IMG/VR virus record: IMGVR_UViG_3300006802_000073
Span: 1-64,000 of that record
DNA length: 64,000 bases
DNA from: a virus
Reading direction: 5' to 3' (one strand)
Shown: positions 12,883-23,121 of the stretch, piece by piece
Numbering within the stretch: the stretch's first letter is position 1
Layout of the letters: the number at the start of each line of letters is the position of its first letter
Translations under genes and position numbers: made by a program
The notes under the pieces: generated by a model
What the model saw: only the letters and a program-made list of their open reading frames with translations
Database searches by the model: none
Told to the model about the DNA's origin: nothing

Positions 12883-13520
12883 GATTCAATGCAAACATAA
12901 GCAGAAACATTAGGCAATCTTCGCATATTTAAAATACTAGATCTAACTGCATTTGCTGAAGATAAAAAATTACTTACATTTTGATTTCTTAATATATTAC
13001 CAATAATTGCATTAGTAGTCATAATTGCCGCTTGATCTATCATATAATTGGCAAATTGTACTCCTGCATTACCCTCTATAATACTTGTTGGAATATCAGA
13101 AACAGAACCACTTAAAGTTTTACAAAGAGCACCAGTAAATGTATTTAATGCTGTCTTTAAAGCAGATGCTGCTGAATTAATTATATCTGATAAAGTAGTA
13201 AAAGCATCATTTATGATGTTATACATTTCATCTATAGCATCTAAAAGTAAAGCCAATCCCTCGTCATATATAGAAACTAATGTACTAATTATATTATTTA
13301 TTCCATTAAAAAGATCAGATGCTGCCTTCATAACATATTTAAATGTAGACTCTACAGTAGATTTAATACCTAGATCTTCTAAAAAAGAGTCAAGTGATGA
13401 TAAAATTGAGCAATTTTGTCCAAAATCTTCTACAGCATTCGCAATTAATGCTTCTAAAGGTGTTAGATATGCCTGTAATCCCGCACCCTCAGATGATAAA
13501 TTTACACATATACTTGGCAT
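12879..13520 (-). CDS. hypothetical protein between gp5 and PAAR
   Basis: 213 aa ORF with RBS, co-oriented, overlaps the PAAR start. Confidence 0.6.
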   Translation of the reverse strand: MPSICVNLSSEGAGLQAYLTPLEALIANAVEDFGQNCSILSSLDSFLEDLGIKSTVESTFKYVMKAASDLFNGINNIISTLVSIYDEGLALLLDAIDEMYNIINDAFTTLSDIINSAASALKTALNTFTGALCKTLSGSVSDIPTSIIEGNAGVQFANYMIDQAAIMTTNAIIGNILRNQNVSNFLSSANAVRSSILNMRRLPNVSAYVCIES

Positions 13521-13530
13521 AGTTTCTCCT

Positions 13531-16500
13531 TTATACTAAATTCACAAATTTATCTTTTGCATAAATTTGATGATTTCTAATTGTTGCATAAGTTAATGGT
13601 GCTTTTTGTCCAGAAACATCAAATGCAATATGAATCCATGGATATTTTGCACCTCCTCCATATTCAAGTAATAATTGTTTATGGGGTACATTTTTTGCTA
13701 TATTTTGTATTATGATAAAATAATCATTAGGATTTGCATTTGTAAATTGTATATCAGCTGCCATGCCCGCACCATGATCTGTTGATATTCTTTCCGCTGT
13801 ATCTAGTCTAAAAGCATCTATTACAACCATATCAGGATAAAGATCTAAAATTTTATCTAAACAATTTACTGCTAATTGTTTGAGATTACATACTATCTCA
13901 CTAACAGAAAGCCCTCTTTGTGCTACAACTTTTTCTTTAACAACTTTTGATCTAGAAGAAAGATCACCCAAAGTATAATATCTAGAAAGTATTGCAGTAT
14001 CGGGTAATTCATTTAAACTTGCAAATTCACTACAATCACAAAGAATAATATTTTCATATGGTTCAGATACTACAGCTTCACCATTCTCTATTGGTATAGA
14101 TTCTATTATTTCTCCTGATGCAATCTGTTCATTATGTATAGCTATAGCTCCTGGTTCACCTGCATCTAATGTAAATGGTAAACTAGAAATTTCTGGTCTA
14201 TTAACTGTTTTAGGTGGTAATCCTCCAACACCTCTCAATGTAGCGGGTTTTGGCATTAAGAAATTTTTAAATGCATTTGTAAAAGTACTTAAAGGTATAT
14301 TGTTATTCTTTAATAAATCTCGTAAACTAGTATTTTTTAAATCTATTCCTACTTCTTCTGCAGTAATACCTTGATTTTGTAAACTTTCTTCCCAATCAGA
14401 CATATAAATGTTATCAATCTTATTAATAAAATCTTCTTCTTCTAATCTTTCTAATACCTCATCGGATAAAGAATCTTCATCAAACGCTTCACCTATACTT
14501 TCTGAAAATCCAGATATATCTAAAGTTCCTTCTTCAATTGCACTAGTAAATAACGGTTTAATATCTCCAAGAGATATATTTTCTTTTAAAAAATTGAATG
14601 CTTCATCTCCAACTGTTTTTACTACAGAATTTAAAGCAGGACCAATAACAGAACCTAAAGCACCCTTAAAATTACCATTTAATAAATTAACGCCAACTCC
14701 TAATAGATTTTTTGGAGTTAACATTTGTGTAAATGTAGATTCTAAATTTGTACCAACTTTATCTATTAACCCATCGAAAGAAAAATCTGATGCTCCATCG
14801 GCAAATCCCGCCCATTCTACAGTCATTTCTTCACTTATATCATCCAAAACTTCTGTCATATCGGCAGCTTCTACACCGAGTTCACCTAATTCACCCGTAA
14901 GAGTTTCCCATCCTCCAGATAATGCAATACCTGCAGTAACAGCAGAAAAAACAATACCCATTAATCCTGCACCATCATTAAGTCTAATAGCTCCACCATC
15001 TATAGATGTTCTACCTGAATGTAACTCATAACTAGATTTGGCACTTAATTTAAATGTTTTTGCATTGGATTCATATTCATTATCGATATTCATAGTTAAT
15101 GATTTACTTTGAATTTTTAGATCTCCGCGAACATTTAGATCCATATTTCCGCCAACATCAATTTTTACATCATCTTTAAATATCGCATTTGTTTTACCTA
15201 ATACTTGTAAATCTACATCATTTTTTATAAAAACTTGTGTAGCACCTTCAATAGTTAATGTATAACCACCTCTAACATAGAGATAATTATTGTTTTCAAC
15301 AAGTTCATAATTATCACCTGTAACTTTACGAACCATAGTTCCATTAACATCAATTTCTAAATATGTTCCTGCTTTATGATAAAGATGAATACGTTCTTGT
15401 CCAGGAGTACTATCAAATTCTACTAAATGCCCAGCCTCTGTTTCAAATGTTTGATTATACGGATATACTGCAGCATATGCGGGTGGAGGCTCTTCCCAAG
15501 TTTGTCCTTTTGCAGTTTGAATTTGATTAATAGAGTTTAATTTTTCTTCAACTGCAGTATCTGATGTATCTCCAACTGCTAATTTATTTGTATCCGGCAA
15601 AGTTTTACTTGTATAATCACATTTGGGATATTGATTATTTGGATCAGAAAATGCTTTAGTTATTAAAGAACCACTTGTATTTAAAATACCCGAGGGATTT
15701 TTATCTGCGGGTATTAATGCTCTATTTGAAACTACAGGTGGAACATATGGTCCAACAGCAGAAGCACCCATATTATAATATGAACTTCCACTTGTTTTAT
15801 TACCATCTTGTCCGTCTTTTCCATTGGCTAAGTCAATAGCCCCTCCTGCTCCAAGAAGATGTGCTGATGCTAATAAACCAGCTATTCTTTCAGGGCTATC
15901 ATTTGTTGTAATCGCGTTCTTGTTGTTCAAAACTCCGTAATTAAACTTTAAGTTTTGAAACATTATACTTTCTTGAACTTGTGGAGAATTAAAGAATGAT
16001 TCTTTTGAATTTATACCATCTTTACCCGTCCAATTCGATGGGTCATTTAAAGCATTATTGCCGAATGTTTTAGATGATCCTGCTTTTAAATAACCTAAAG
16101 TTTCTAAAGCCTGAGCACCAAATTGATATTTACCGATATAATTATATTGATTTACAGCGGAGTAATTTTGTTTACCTCCTGGTATAGAACTAGATTCTTT
16201 AGCTGCAATCGCATCCATTAATTTTTGTATTTGTTCTTCGGTTAATGGAGGTAAAGTACTACTTATAGCTGCGTTATCAGTTGGTTCAGGTGAAGTAAGT
16301 ACAGGATTACCTTGTGAATCTAAAACAGGAGAACCATCCTCAGTTGTTAATACATTGGGTGGATTTTGTGTTTTTTGTATATTTTCTTCAGCACATTTTT
16401 CACTTTGTTGTGGAATTCCTCCTATACTACCCATTACAATAGGTTGTTGCATATCATCAGAATCTAGAAAGAATCCTATACACCATGATCCTGGTAATAA

Positions 16501-16707
16501 TCCTAAAGGTGATGTTCCTATACCAGATATACCGGCAGAGGTTGGTGATTGTAAAATATAAGACCAAGGTAATTGCGCTGTAGGAAGAATTTGTTTATCA
16601 TCAGAATGAATTCCAATAATACGTACACGAACTCTACCTAATTTTTCAGGATCATCTCGATCTTCTACTACACCTATCCACCAATTAAATTTATTGTTGA
16701 TCAGCAT
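13531..16707 (-). CDS. gp5: baseplate hub/spike protein with lysozyme-like and C-terminal peptidase M15-like domains
   Basis: WWIGVVEDRDDPEKLGRVRVR OB-fold; ESS..NY...GKYQF lysozyme-like motif; YPYN..ETEAGH..ERI..HKAGT; beta-helix repeats; HxxGxAxD...WIH. Confidence 0.9.
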   Translation of the reverse strand: MLINNKFNWWIGVVEDRDDPEKLGRVRVRIIGIHSDDKQILPTAQLPWSYILQSPTSAGISGIGTSPLGLLPGSWCIGFFLDSDDMQQPIVMGSIGGIPQQSEKCAEENIQKTQNPPNVLTTEDGSPVLDSQGNPVLTSPEPTDNAAISSTLPPLTEEQIQKLMDAIAAKESSSIPGGKQNYSAVNQYNYIGKYQFGAQALETLGYLKAGSSKTFGNNALNDPSNWTGKDGINSKESFFNSPQVQESIMFQNLKFNYGVLNNKNAITTNDSPERIAGLLASAHLLGAGGAIDLANGKDGQDGNKTSGSSYYNMGASAVGPYVPPVVSNRALIPADKNPSGILNTSGSLITKAFSDPNNQYPKCDYTSKTLPDTNKLAVGDTSDTAVEEKLNSINQIQTAKGQTWEEPPPAYAAVYPYNQTFETEAGHLVEFDSTPGQERIHLYHKAGTYLEIDVNGTMVRKVTGDNYELVENNNYLYVRGGYTLTIEGATQVFIKNDVDLQVLGKTNAIFKDDVKIDVGGNMDLNVRGDLKIQSKSLTMNIDNEYESNAKTFKLSAKSSYELHSGRTSIDGGAIRLNDGAGLMGIVFSAVTAGIALSGGWETLTGELGELGVEAADMTEVLDDISEEMTVEWAGFADGASDFSFDGLIDKVGTNLESTFTQMLTPKNLLGVGVNLLNGNFKGALGSVIGPALNSVVKTVGDEAFNFLKENISLGDIKPLFTSAIEEGTLDISGFSESIGEAFDEDSLSDEVLERLEEEDFINKIDNIYMSDWEESLQNQGITAEEVGIDLKNTSLRDLLKNNNIPLSTFTNAFKNFLMPKPATLRGVGGLPPKTVNRPEISSLPFTLDAGEPGAIAIHNEQIASGEIIESIPIENGEAVVSEPYENIILCDCSEFASLNELPDTAILSRYYTLGDLSSRSKVVKEKVVAQRGLSVSEIVCNLKQLAVNCLDKILDLYPDMVVIDAFRLDTAERISTDHGAGMAADIQFTNANPNDYFIIIQNIAKNVPHKQLLLEYGGGAKYPWIHIAFDVSGQKAPLTYATIRNHQIYAKDKFVNLV

Positions 16708-18031
16708 TTTCTATTTCCAGTGAATCTTTAGAAAGTTCCATAATCATCTTATGTGATTTTAAATTTATTTTATGGTTAATTGCTGTAATTATATAATTAC
16801 CTGAATAACGTTTATCAATATACTCGTCACTAGATGAAGAATGATCAACAACATCAGGATAAATGAATGTAATCATTGATCCTGCTTCTAGATCTGTTCT
16901 TCCCGGTACTGTAAGTTGAATGATAAAATTATTAAGTTCATGCAATCTAGATGTTCTATTTCCATGTATATCTTTAATTCTTTCATCAACATTCTCACTC
17001 ATACCTGTATACATTTTTTTATTTACAGGATAAAACCTATTATATGTTGCTGGATTTCTTATTGTATCAAATGTAAATAATGGTACATGTTGCCCCAATC
17101 TATTCGTATGGTCATAGTCATAGAAATGATTTACATAATCAAAATCCGTTACTTCATATTTTTTATTATAAATGTCTAATGTATAGAGACGATTTGCTAG
17201 ATATCCATTATCATAATTTTTCAAATTATCTACAGTTTTTATTACTTCAAATTCTTCTACTGCAAAAAAATTATCGATTACATTATTTCTAGGTCCAACA
17301 TTGGGAGGATAATAGATATATACACCTTTATTTAGTCCTGATTCGATGGTATCAGAATAAATCTTTTCTATATTTCCAAAATAGAATGCTTGAGTAGATT
17401 CCCAAAAAAGATAATCGCATGCTTTACCTTTTTCGGGTATTGCTTTAGACGCTAACCAATTTATACATTTAGCTGAAGTCCATCCAGGGCTAATAAATTT
17501 TACTTTGTTTGATACATTATTTAATATGTTTAATGGAGTTCCTTCAGCTGAAGGCTGTAGAGAATTATTTGTAAATGTATATGTTCTTGGTAATTCTAAA
17601 AACTCCTTAAAAATATTTTCGATAACATCTGTTATTTTACCTTCAAAGGGCTTATATAGAGGGTTTGCAATATCAACAATAGCTTCTAATGAACAAAAAT
17701 GCAATACATATAATTGTGTATTATTATCTCTAACAGTTTTTCTATCAGTTATAGAATATACTTTAAATGTTTTACTAATCGCCATATCTAATGAAGGAGT
17801 TCTAAATTTTACAATTAAATATTCTTCTCCTATCAACGGCGCTTTAGATATTAAATTAAAAGAATCTGATAATAAGATTTGTCCATGAAGAAAATTACTG
17901 AATATATCTTCATAGATACTAATTTCAACTAAATAAGATTCTAGATCAACAACTAAAGAGGAAACAGAAACTAATCTCAGTTCCTCTATCTCAACCTGTC
18001 CAGCATAATCTAAAGAGTTAAATTCAGCCAT
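16691..18031 (-). CDS. baseplate hub protein (gp27-like)
   Basis: IYEDIFSNFLHG, YLFWES, VPG..DLEAG and YSGNYIITAINH motifs; synteny. Confidence 0.7.
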   Translation of the reverse strand: MAEFNSLDYAGQVEIEELRLVSVSSLVVDLESYLVEISIYEDIFSNFLHGQILLSDSFNLISKAPLIGEEYLIVKFRTPSLDMAISKTFKVYSITDRKTVRDNNTQLYVLHFCSLEAIVDIANPLYKPFEGKITDVIENIFKEFLELPRTYTFTNNSLQPSAEGTPLNILNNVSNKVKFISPGWTSAKCINWLASKAIPEKGKACDYLFWESTQAFYFGNIEKIYSDTIESGLNKGVYIYYPPNVGPRNNVIDNFFAVEEFEVIKTVDNLKNYDNGYLANRLYTLDIYNKKYEVTDFDYVNHFYDYDHTNRLGQHVPLFTFDTIRNPATYNRFYPVNKKMYTGMSENVDERIKDIHGNRTSRLHELNNFIIQLTVPGRTDLEAGSMITFIYPDVVDHSSSSDEYIDKRYSGNYIITAINHKINLKSHKMIMELSKDSLEIENADQQ

Positions 18032-19292
18032 TTATTTTTTTCTCAAACTCTGCTATAAATGAAGGTAAATATTCTTTTCTCAATACTTTAATTCTACGCT
18101 TCTTTTCATTTTGTTCTATCTCATAATCCATATTTGTAACCTCTACAGCATTAGCATAAGGAGTAGTTTCTCCTTGTTCATATATAGGAGATACAAATCC
18201 ACTAATAGTTGAATTTGTACTAATATCTGTAAGTAATGCTTGTAAATTTCCCCAATGTATATGAGAATCTGTCATATTATTTGTGAATGAAAGATACGAA
18301 ATATTAGCATCAGTATTTGCGATATTAACATTTCCACTTAAATATGTTGAACCTGTTATATCACCCTTTAAATAATATGTTTGTACATACTCACGTAAAA
18401 ACCCATATAATCCTGTAACATTGGAGCTGGCGGAAACAGATAATATAGCTTGGCTTAAAGAATTACTTGAAAGTGTGCCGATTTTTGGAAAATAATATAA
18501 ATTACTATCTGAGACATAGGAATAAGAAGCATATAAATTATTAACGGGGGTTGCTGATTCTATTAAGTAATTGTTAATTAAAGTTGCATTACCTGTTTCA
18601 ACCAAATCTTTAATGATATAATAAGTAATATGATCGGGCTTTTCAACTAATAAACTGGTGGATCCAACTTCAAACCTGAGCATATCAAGTGAATCCGCTG
18701 AGCTAATTTGTGAAGCTACAGAATGTGGAGTAATATCTCCTCGATATAATGGATATGGAAGAGGAGATGTTGTTTCTGTTCTTAAATAGTTTACAAAAGA
18801 TTTTTCGGGTTCTGATAAAAATATTGTAGATCTTCCATTAGCAGCAAAGGTAAATAAAGTGCTTACATCAGAACTAAATTTTAAATTACTTGAGGGTACA
18901 GGAACATTCGTTACCTGTGTAGGATCCACTATAGTATCATCATCATTTGATATTTTATAATGATGAGTAGCAAAGACATTAGCATCATCAGAACCATATT
19001 TAGCCTCTACATATTTTCGTAAATTAGATTCCGACAAGACCCAATCATAACGAGGATCTATAATATCGTTAAGTAATAAAATTATCCAATGATATTATGT
19101 AGTTCCATATAAATTAAATGAAACAATTTCTGGTGTTTCATCATCAGAGACATCATATTCATCATAAACTGTATATAATTGTTTTATCTCATCTCTAACT
19201 GCTAATCTTCTTGTAATATCAGTTACAATAGAATAATCTATATTATTATTTGAAAAATATGGAGTTAAAGGAAATCTGTTAAAATACGCCAT
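18024..19292 (-). CDS. gp53: baseplate wedge protein with one in-frame TAA at 19095-19097 and a long central insertion
   Basis: MAYFNRFP..ETPEIVSFNLYGTT*YHWIILLLNDIIDPRYDW continues in frame into ORF 18024-19037, which ends NEKKRRIKVLR. Confidence 0.8.
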
Positions 19293-19293
19293 A

Positions 19294-20472
19294 TTAATAT
19301 CCCTTCACGATACGTTCTTTGGTCAATAGTTCTAATTCCTTGAATGATAAAGTCATAGAAATTTCTGCGGGTGCACCATTAACAAACGTTGAAAAATATT
19401 CTCCTCCATATTTAACATCCATATCAGTAAGAGCACATGTAGAGATCTTATTTACAAATTCATTTTCTTTACCTTTATAGTAATATACTATATCAAATTC
19501 TGAAGGATAAATGTAAAACATTGAACCCGAAGATAATTCTGGATGCATATGGAATTTAAATAAATCTATTATATTCTTTACTTGAGTAACTTCTTTTTCA
19601 GATCTAGGCAAAAATGTATAAGAAAAATTAAAAGTTCTTTGATTAATTGTTTCAAAAGTAACTGCAGTGAATGGATTAGTTGCTATTTTTGCGGCTGAAC
19701 CAATTAATTGCATAGGACTAGCTTGTCCTAAAATTTTAGCTGCAATGGCAGCTTTAGGTAAACTAGCTAGAGCAAGACCTGCTCCTATACCCGCCTCTGT
19801 TGCTCTAGTACTAAATTGTGTTTCAATTGCTGAAGAACCACCTGCTAATCCAGCCAATATACCTAAATCTAAATCAGTATATTTCATAGAATACTTAACA
19901 GATGGTGGCTTTTCTACATGTAAAAGAATAGCATCTTGTATTCTTCTTGGAGTGTCAATCTTGACAATTGTTCCCATATTTGTAATTTTATTAATAGCAT
20001 AATATGTTGCTGCACCAGCTGCTCCACCCACAAGAGCGGGTAATCCTGCTGCTGCTAAAATTCCTGCTCTACTTCTAATAGAACCTGCATTTTTTAATGC
20101 AGATGCTATTTTGGCTACATCAACTCCCCCTAATGCTCTACTTGTTGCTGATGCTGCAGCTAATCCGACAGACAATCCTCCTCCTATGGCAGCGGCTTGT
20201 GTTTGATCTGTAGGATCGACAATATTTTTACCGGCATTAACATCAACATCTACTTTTTGCTCAGGTGCAAATTTTGTTTTTTCTCTTACATTAATATAAA
20301 AAGCGACATAATGTTGTAGATCTGGTTTTGTAGAAAGATCTTCTGGATATACATATTGATCTATATTATAAACCCCTTTAGAACCAGTAGAAATCTCTGT
20401 TGGATTTCTATTTTCTATATCAGCATATTTGCCTAAGTAATCGGAGGTTTTATATTTGTCTAGTATTGCCAT
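19294..20472 (-). CDS. gp48: baseplate tail-tube cap
   Basis: NP...F....RTFNFSYTFLPRSEKE...IIDLFK, YPSEFDI, CALTDMDVKY, LSFKELE. Confidence 0.85.
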   Translation of the reverse strand: MAILDKYKTSDYLGKYADIENRNPTEISTGSKGVYNIDQYVYPEDLSTKPDLQHYVAFYINVREKTKFAPEQKVDVDVNAGKNIVDPTDQTQAAAIGGGLSVGLAAASATSRALGGVDVAKIASALKNAGSIRSRAGILAAAGLPALVGGAAGAATYYAINKITNMGTIVKIDTPRRIQDAILLHVEKPPSVKYSMKYTDLDLGILAGLAGGSSAIETQFSTRATEAGIGAGLALASLPKAAIAAKILGQASPMQLIGSAAKIATNPFTAVTFETINQRTFNFSYTFLPRSEKEVTQVKNIIDLFKFHMHPELSSGSMFYIYPSEFDIVYYYKGKENEFVNKISTCALTDMDVKYGGEYFSTFVNGAPAEISMTLSFKELELLTKERIVKGY

Positions 20473-20502
20473 AAGAGTAATAAATAATGATTGATGATTA
20501 AA

Positions 20503-20510
20503 TATTTATA
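20503..20510 (-). promoter_or_regulatory. T4-type late promoter in the divergent gp48/gp4 spacer
   Basis: TATAAATA on the minus strand; an ATAAATA on the plus strand at about 20480 faces gp4. Confidence 0.65.
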
Positions 20511-20516
20511 TTGTAA

Positions 20517-20963
20517 ATGTATACAAAAGAAACATATAGAGGTAAATATAAGATTAAAAATCCACAGAAATATCGTGGTGATATAACCAATATTATTTAT
20601 AGAAGCTCGTGGGAACTTAAATTAATGAATTGGTGTGATAATACCAAAGCAGTTAGAGAATGGGGTTCAGAAATAGCTGTAATACCATATATATCTCCTG
20701 TTGATAATAAAGTTCATAGATATTTTGTAGATTTCTATATTAAGATAGAAGATAAACAAGGTAATATAAAAAAATATCTAATTGAAGTTAAGCCTAAAAA
20801 ATTTACAGAAGAACCAAAGAAACCACAAAGAATAACAAAAAAATTTATTGAAGAGGTTTATACTTATGGTATAAATCAAGCGAAATGGAAAGCAGCTGAA
20901 GATTTTTGTCATAAACGAGGGTATAAATTTTTAGTTCTAACAGAAAAGGAATTAAACGTATAA
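20517..20963 (+). CDS. gp4: head completion nuclease (TnsA-like)
   Basis: NPQKYRGD..IIYRSSWE, IPYISPVDNKVHRYFVDF, EVKP, NQAKWKAA. Confidence 0.9.
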   Translation: MYTKETYRGKYKIKNPQKYRGDITNIIYRSSWELKLMNWCDNTKAVREWGSEIAVIPYISPVDNKVHRYFVDFYIKIEDKQGNIKKYLIEVKPKKFTEEPKKPQRITKKFIEEVYTYGINQAKWKAAEDFCHKRGYKFLVLTEKELNV

Positions 20964-21535
20964 TGGAAAAAAATCCATTTGATGATTTAAGAATTAAGCC
21001 AGAACAAGTTGATAATTCAATTAAATGGTTTAGAACTCAGATAAATAATCTTTCAGCAGCAAGATCTCTATCTATACAAAGTTTAATGCGCCAGGAAGAT
21101 TATTTAACAAAAACTTTACGACCCGGAAGATTATATCTTTACTTTTATGATCCTAAATTCAAAGATTCTTTACCCTATTATGATACTGTTCCATTAGTAT
21201 ATCCATATAGAAAAACTTCCCAGGGTTTTATTGGATATAATTTACATTATCTTCCACCAGTAATACGGTTTAAATTGATGGGAGTATTGACGAATATTGA
21301 GATGTCCACAGATCTAGAGAAGAAAAAATTGGCTTATACATTTGGAGTTTTAAATTCAAATGAGATGAATAAATATTTTGCACCTTGTATAAAAAAGTAC
21401 TTGAGTTCGCATGTAAAGAGTAGATTTTTAGAGATTCCCTATGAAAGTTGGATGCATGCTGCTTTATTACCAACAGAAAGTTTCATGAAAGCATCTAAGA
21501 ATAAAGTTTGGAAAGATTCTTTAGGTAAAGTTTAA
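20963..21535 (+). CDS. gp2: DNA end protector protein
   Basis: YDPKFKDSLPYYD.VPLV, GYNLHYLPP, CIKKYL motifs. Confidence 0.9.
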   Translation: MEKNPFDDLRIKPEQVDNSIKWFRTQINNLSAARSLSIQSLMRQEDYLTKTLRPGRLYLYFYDPKFKDSLPYYDTVPLVYPYRKTSQGFIGYNLHYLPPVIRFKLMGVLTNIEMSTDLEKKKLAYTFGVLNSNEMNKYFAPCIKKYLSSHVKSRFLEIPYESWMHAALLPTESFMKASKNKVWKDSLGKV

Positions 21536-22225
21536 ATGGCTAATTTCACGATAGATAATTTCAGATCAGAAATACGTACTAGAGGTTTATCTCGTTCTAA
21601 TAGATTTGAGGTAATTTTACCATCTTTAAATATACCTGGATGGGATGATATTATCAAACTTTCATCTTTATTTTGTGAGAGTACAGCATTAGCACCTATT
21701 GCTGTTAGTACAAGACAAACTAAAATTCAAGGACCTATATATCAACGAGGAACAAGTGTAGAATATGGTGGTAATATACCTTTAACATTTTTTGTTGATA
21801 GAGATATGAATATTCGTGCATTATTTGAGATATGGTTATCATCTGTAATAAAGCCGGGCTCTTTTGAAGTTGGTTATTTTAATGATTATGCTAAACCTAT
21901 TGAACTAATTCAATTGGATGAACAGGAAGTTGGTGTTTATAAAATGACTCTAATAGATGCTTTTCCTGTAGCAATTGCACAACAAGAGATAAACAATTCA
22001 CTGCAGGGATTCCATAGGCTTACAGTAACATTTGCTTATAGATATTGGAATTCAAGTTATATCAATAATACTTATGGTGAAACACCGTCAATTTTAGGTC
22101 CTAGACAAAGTCTAGCAAGTTTTAAAGTAGAACAAGATCAACCAATGGAATTTAACCAACCCACCAACAGAACATTTGCTGAAACTCCCGCTGGTGCTGT
22201 AACTGGAGTAGCTAAATCAAAATAA
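21536..22225 (+). CDS. tail tube initiator / tail tube-like protein (gp54/gp19 family)
   Basis: RSNRFEV, LIDAFPVAI, LTVTFAYRYW motifs. Confidence 0.75.
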   Translation: MANFTIDNFRSEIRTRGLSRSNRFEVILPSLNIPGWDDIIKLSSLFCESTALAPIAVSTRQTKIQGPIYQRGTSVEYGGNIPLTFFVDRDMNIRALFEIWLSSVIKPGSFEVGYFNDYAKPIELIQLDEQEVGVYKMTLIDAFPVAIAQQEINNSLQGFHRLTVTFAYRYWNSSYINNTYGETPSILGPRQSLASFKVEQDQPMEFNQPTNRTFAETPAGAVTGVAKSK

Positions 22226-22249
22226 AAAACTTATTAATATGGAGATATT

Positions 22250-22945
22250 ATGTCATTACCGAAATTGGATGTTCCAACATTTGAATTAACATTACCTTCA
22301 ACGAGTAAAAAAGTATTATATAGACCATTTTTAGTCAAGGAGCATAAAACTTTACTTATTTTAAAAGACTCTGAGGATTCAGATTCCATAAGAATTATAA
22401 GTGAGATAGTAGATGTATGTACATTTAATAAGTTAAAAATTTCTGAATTGCCGAGTGTAGATTTAGAATACTTATTTCTTAATATACGAGCTAAATCTTT
22501 AGGTGAGATAGTGGAATTAATTATCAATTGCGACTGTGGTAATAAAATTGATTATGCGATGGATATTACGAAATTGAATATAGTAAAAGATAAGAATCAT
22601 ACCACTAAAATCTCAATTACCTCTGATATAGGTTTAGAGATGCGTTATCCTAAATTTGATGATACTATGAATATATTCATAACAAATGATCAGAGTAAAA
22701 TTTTTGATCTAATTATATCATGTGTAAAATCTATTTACACCAAAGAAGATTATTATGAAATTACACATGATAATAAAAAGGAATTAGAAGAATTTATATA
22801 TAGTATGACTAAAGAGCAATTTGAAAAAGTTGAAGAATTTTTTGAAACTATGCCAAAATTGAAACAAGAAATAGATGTTGTTTGTTCTAAATGTAATACA
22901 CACAACTATACTGTTTTGGAGGGTTTGCAAAATTTTTTCGTCTAA
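22250..22945 (+). CDS. gp26: baseplate hub assembly chaperone
   Basis: MSLPKL..P.FELTLPS..YRPFLVKE, DLEYLFLNIRAKSLGE, MRYP, FFETMPKL, LEGLQNFF. Confidence 0.85.
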   Translation: MSLPKLDVPTFELTLPSTSKKVLYRPFLVKEHKTLLILKDSEDSDSIRIISEIVDVCTFNKLKISELPSVDLEYLFLNIRAKSLGEIVELIINCDCGNKIDYAMDITKLNIVKDKNHTTKISITSDIGLEMRYPKFDDTMNIFITNDQSKIFDLIISCVKSIYTKEDYYEITHDNKKELEEFIYSMTKEQFEKVEEFFETMPKLKQEIDVVCSKCNTHNYTVLEGLQNFFV

Positions 22946-22968
22946 CTCTAGCGAACCACACGCTAGAG
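22933..22968 (+). promoter_or_regulatory. programmed -1 ribosomal frameshift signal
   Basis: Heptamer T TTT TTC (22933-22939) in the gp26 frame, 6-nt spacer, perfect 8-bp stem CTCTAGCG/CGCTAGAG with a 7-nt loop. Confidence 0.75.
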
Positions 22969-23121
22969 GAATACTATAAAACAAATTTTGGATTGATGCA
23001 ACATCATAAGTATAGTTTAAAAGAATTAGATAATATGATACCGTGGGAACGTGATATCTATGTTGCATTGCTTATTGCATATATACGTGAGGAAAATGAA
23101 AAGTTAAAATCCACTAAATAA
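22933..23121 (+). CDS. gp51: gp51-like hub assembly protein in the -1 frame of gp26; absent from the ORF track
   Basis: Manual translation ...LANHTLEEYYKTNFGLMQHHKYSLKELDNMIPWERDIYVALL...STK*; no start codon precedes the YYKTNF block. Confidence 0.8.
   Translation, partial: FFRLTLANHTLEEYYKTNFGLMQHHKYSLKELDNMIPWERDIYVALLIAYIREENEKLKSTK

Noticed and set aside
19095-19097. Genome-wide stop-codon reassignment
   Set aside because: TAA, TAG and TGA all terminate conserved genes at expected positions; only one internal stop was seen.
1281-20002. Numerous plus-strand ORFs within the baseplate genes
   Set aside because: Antisense shadows of long minus-strand genes, with no recognisable motifs.
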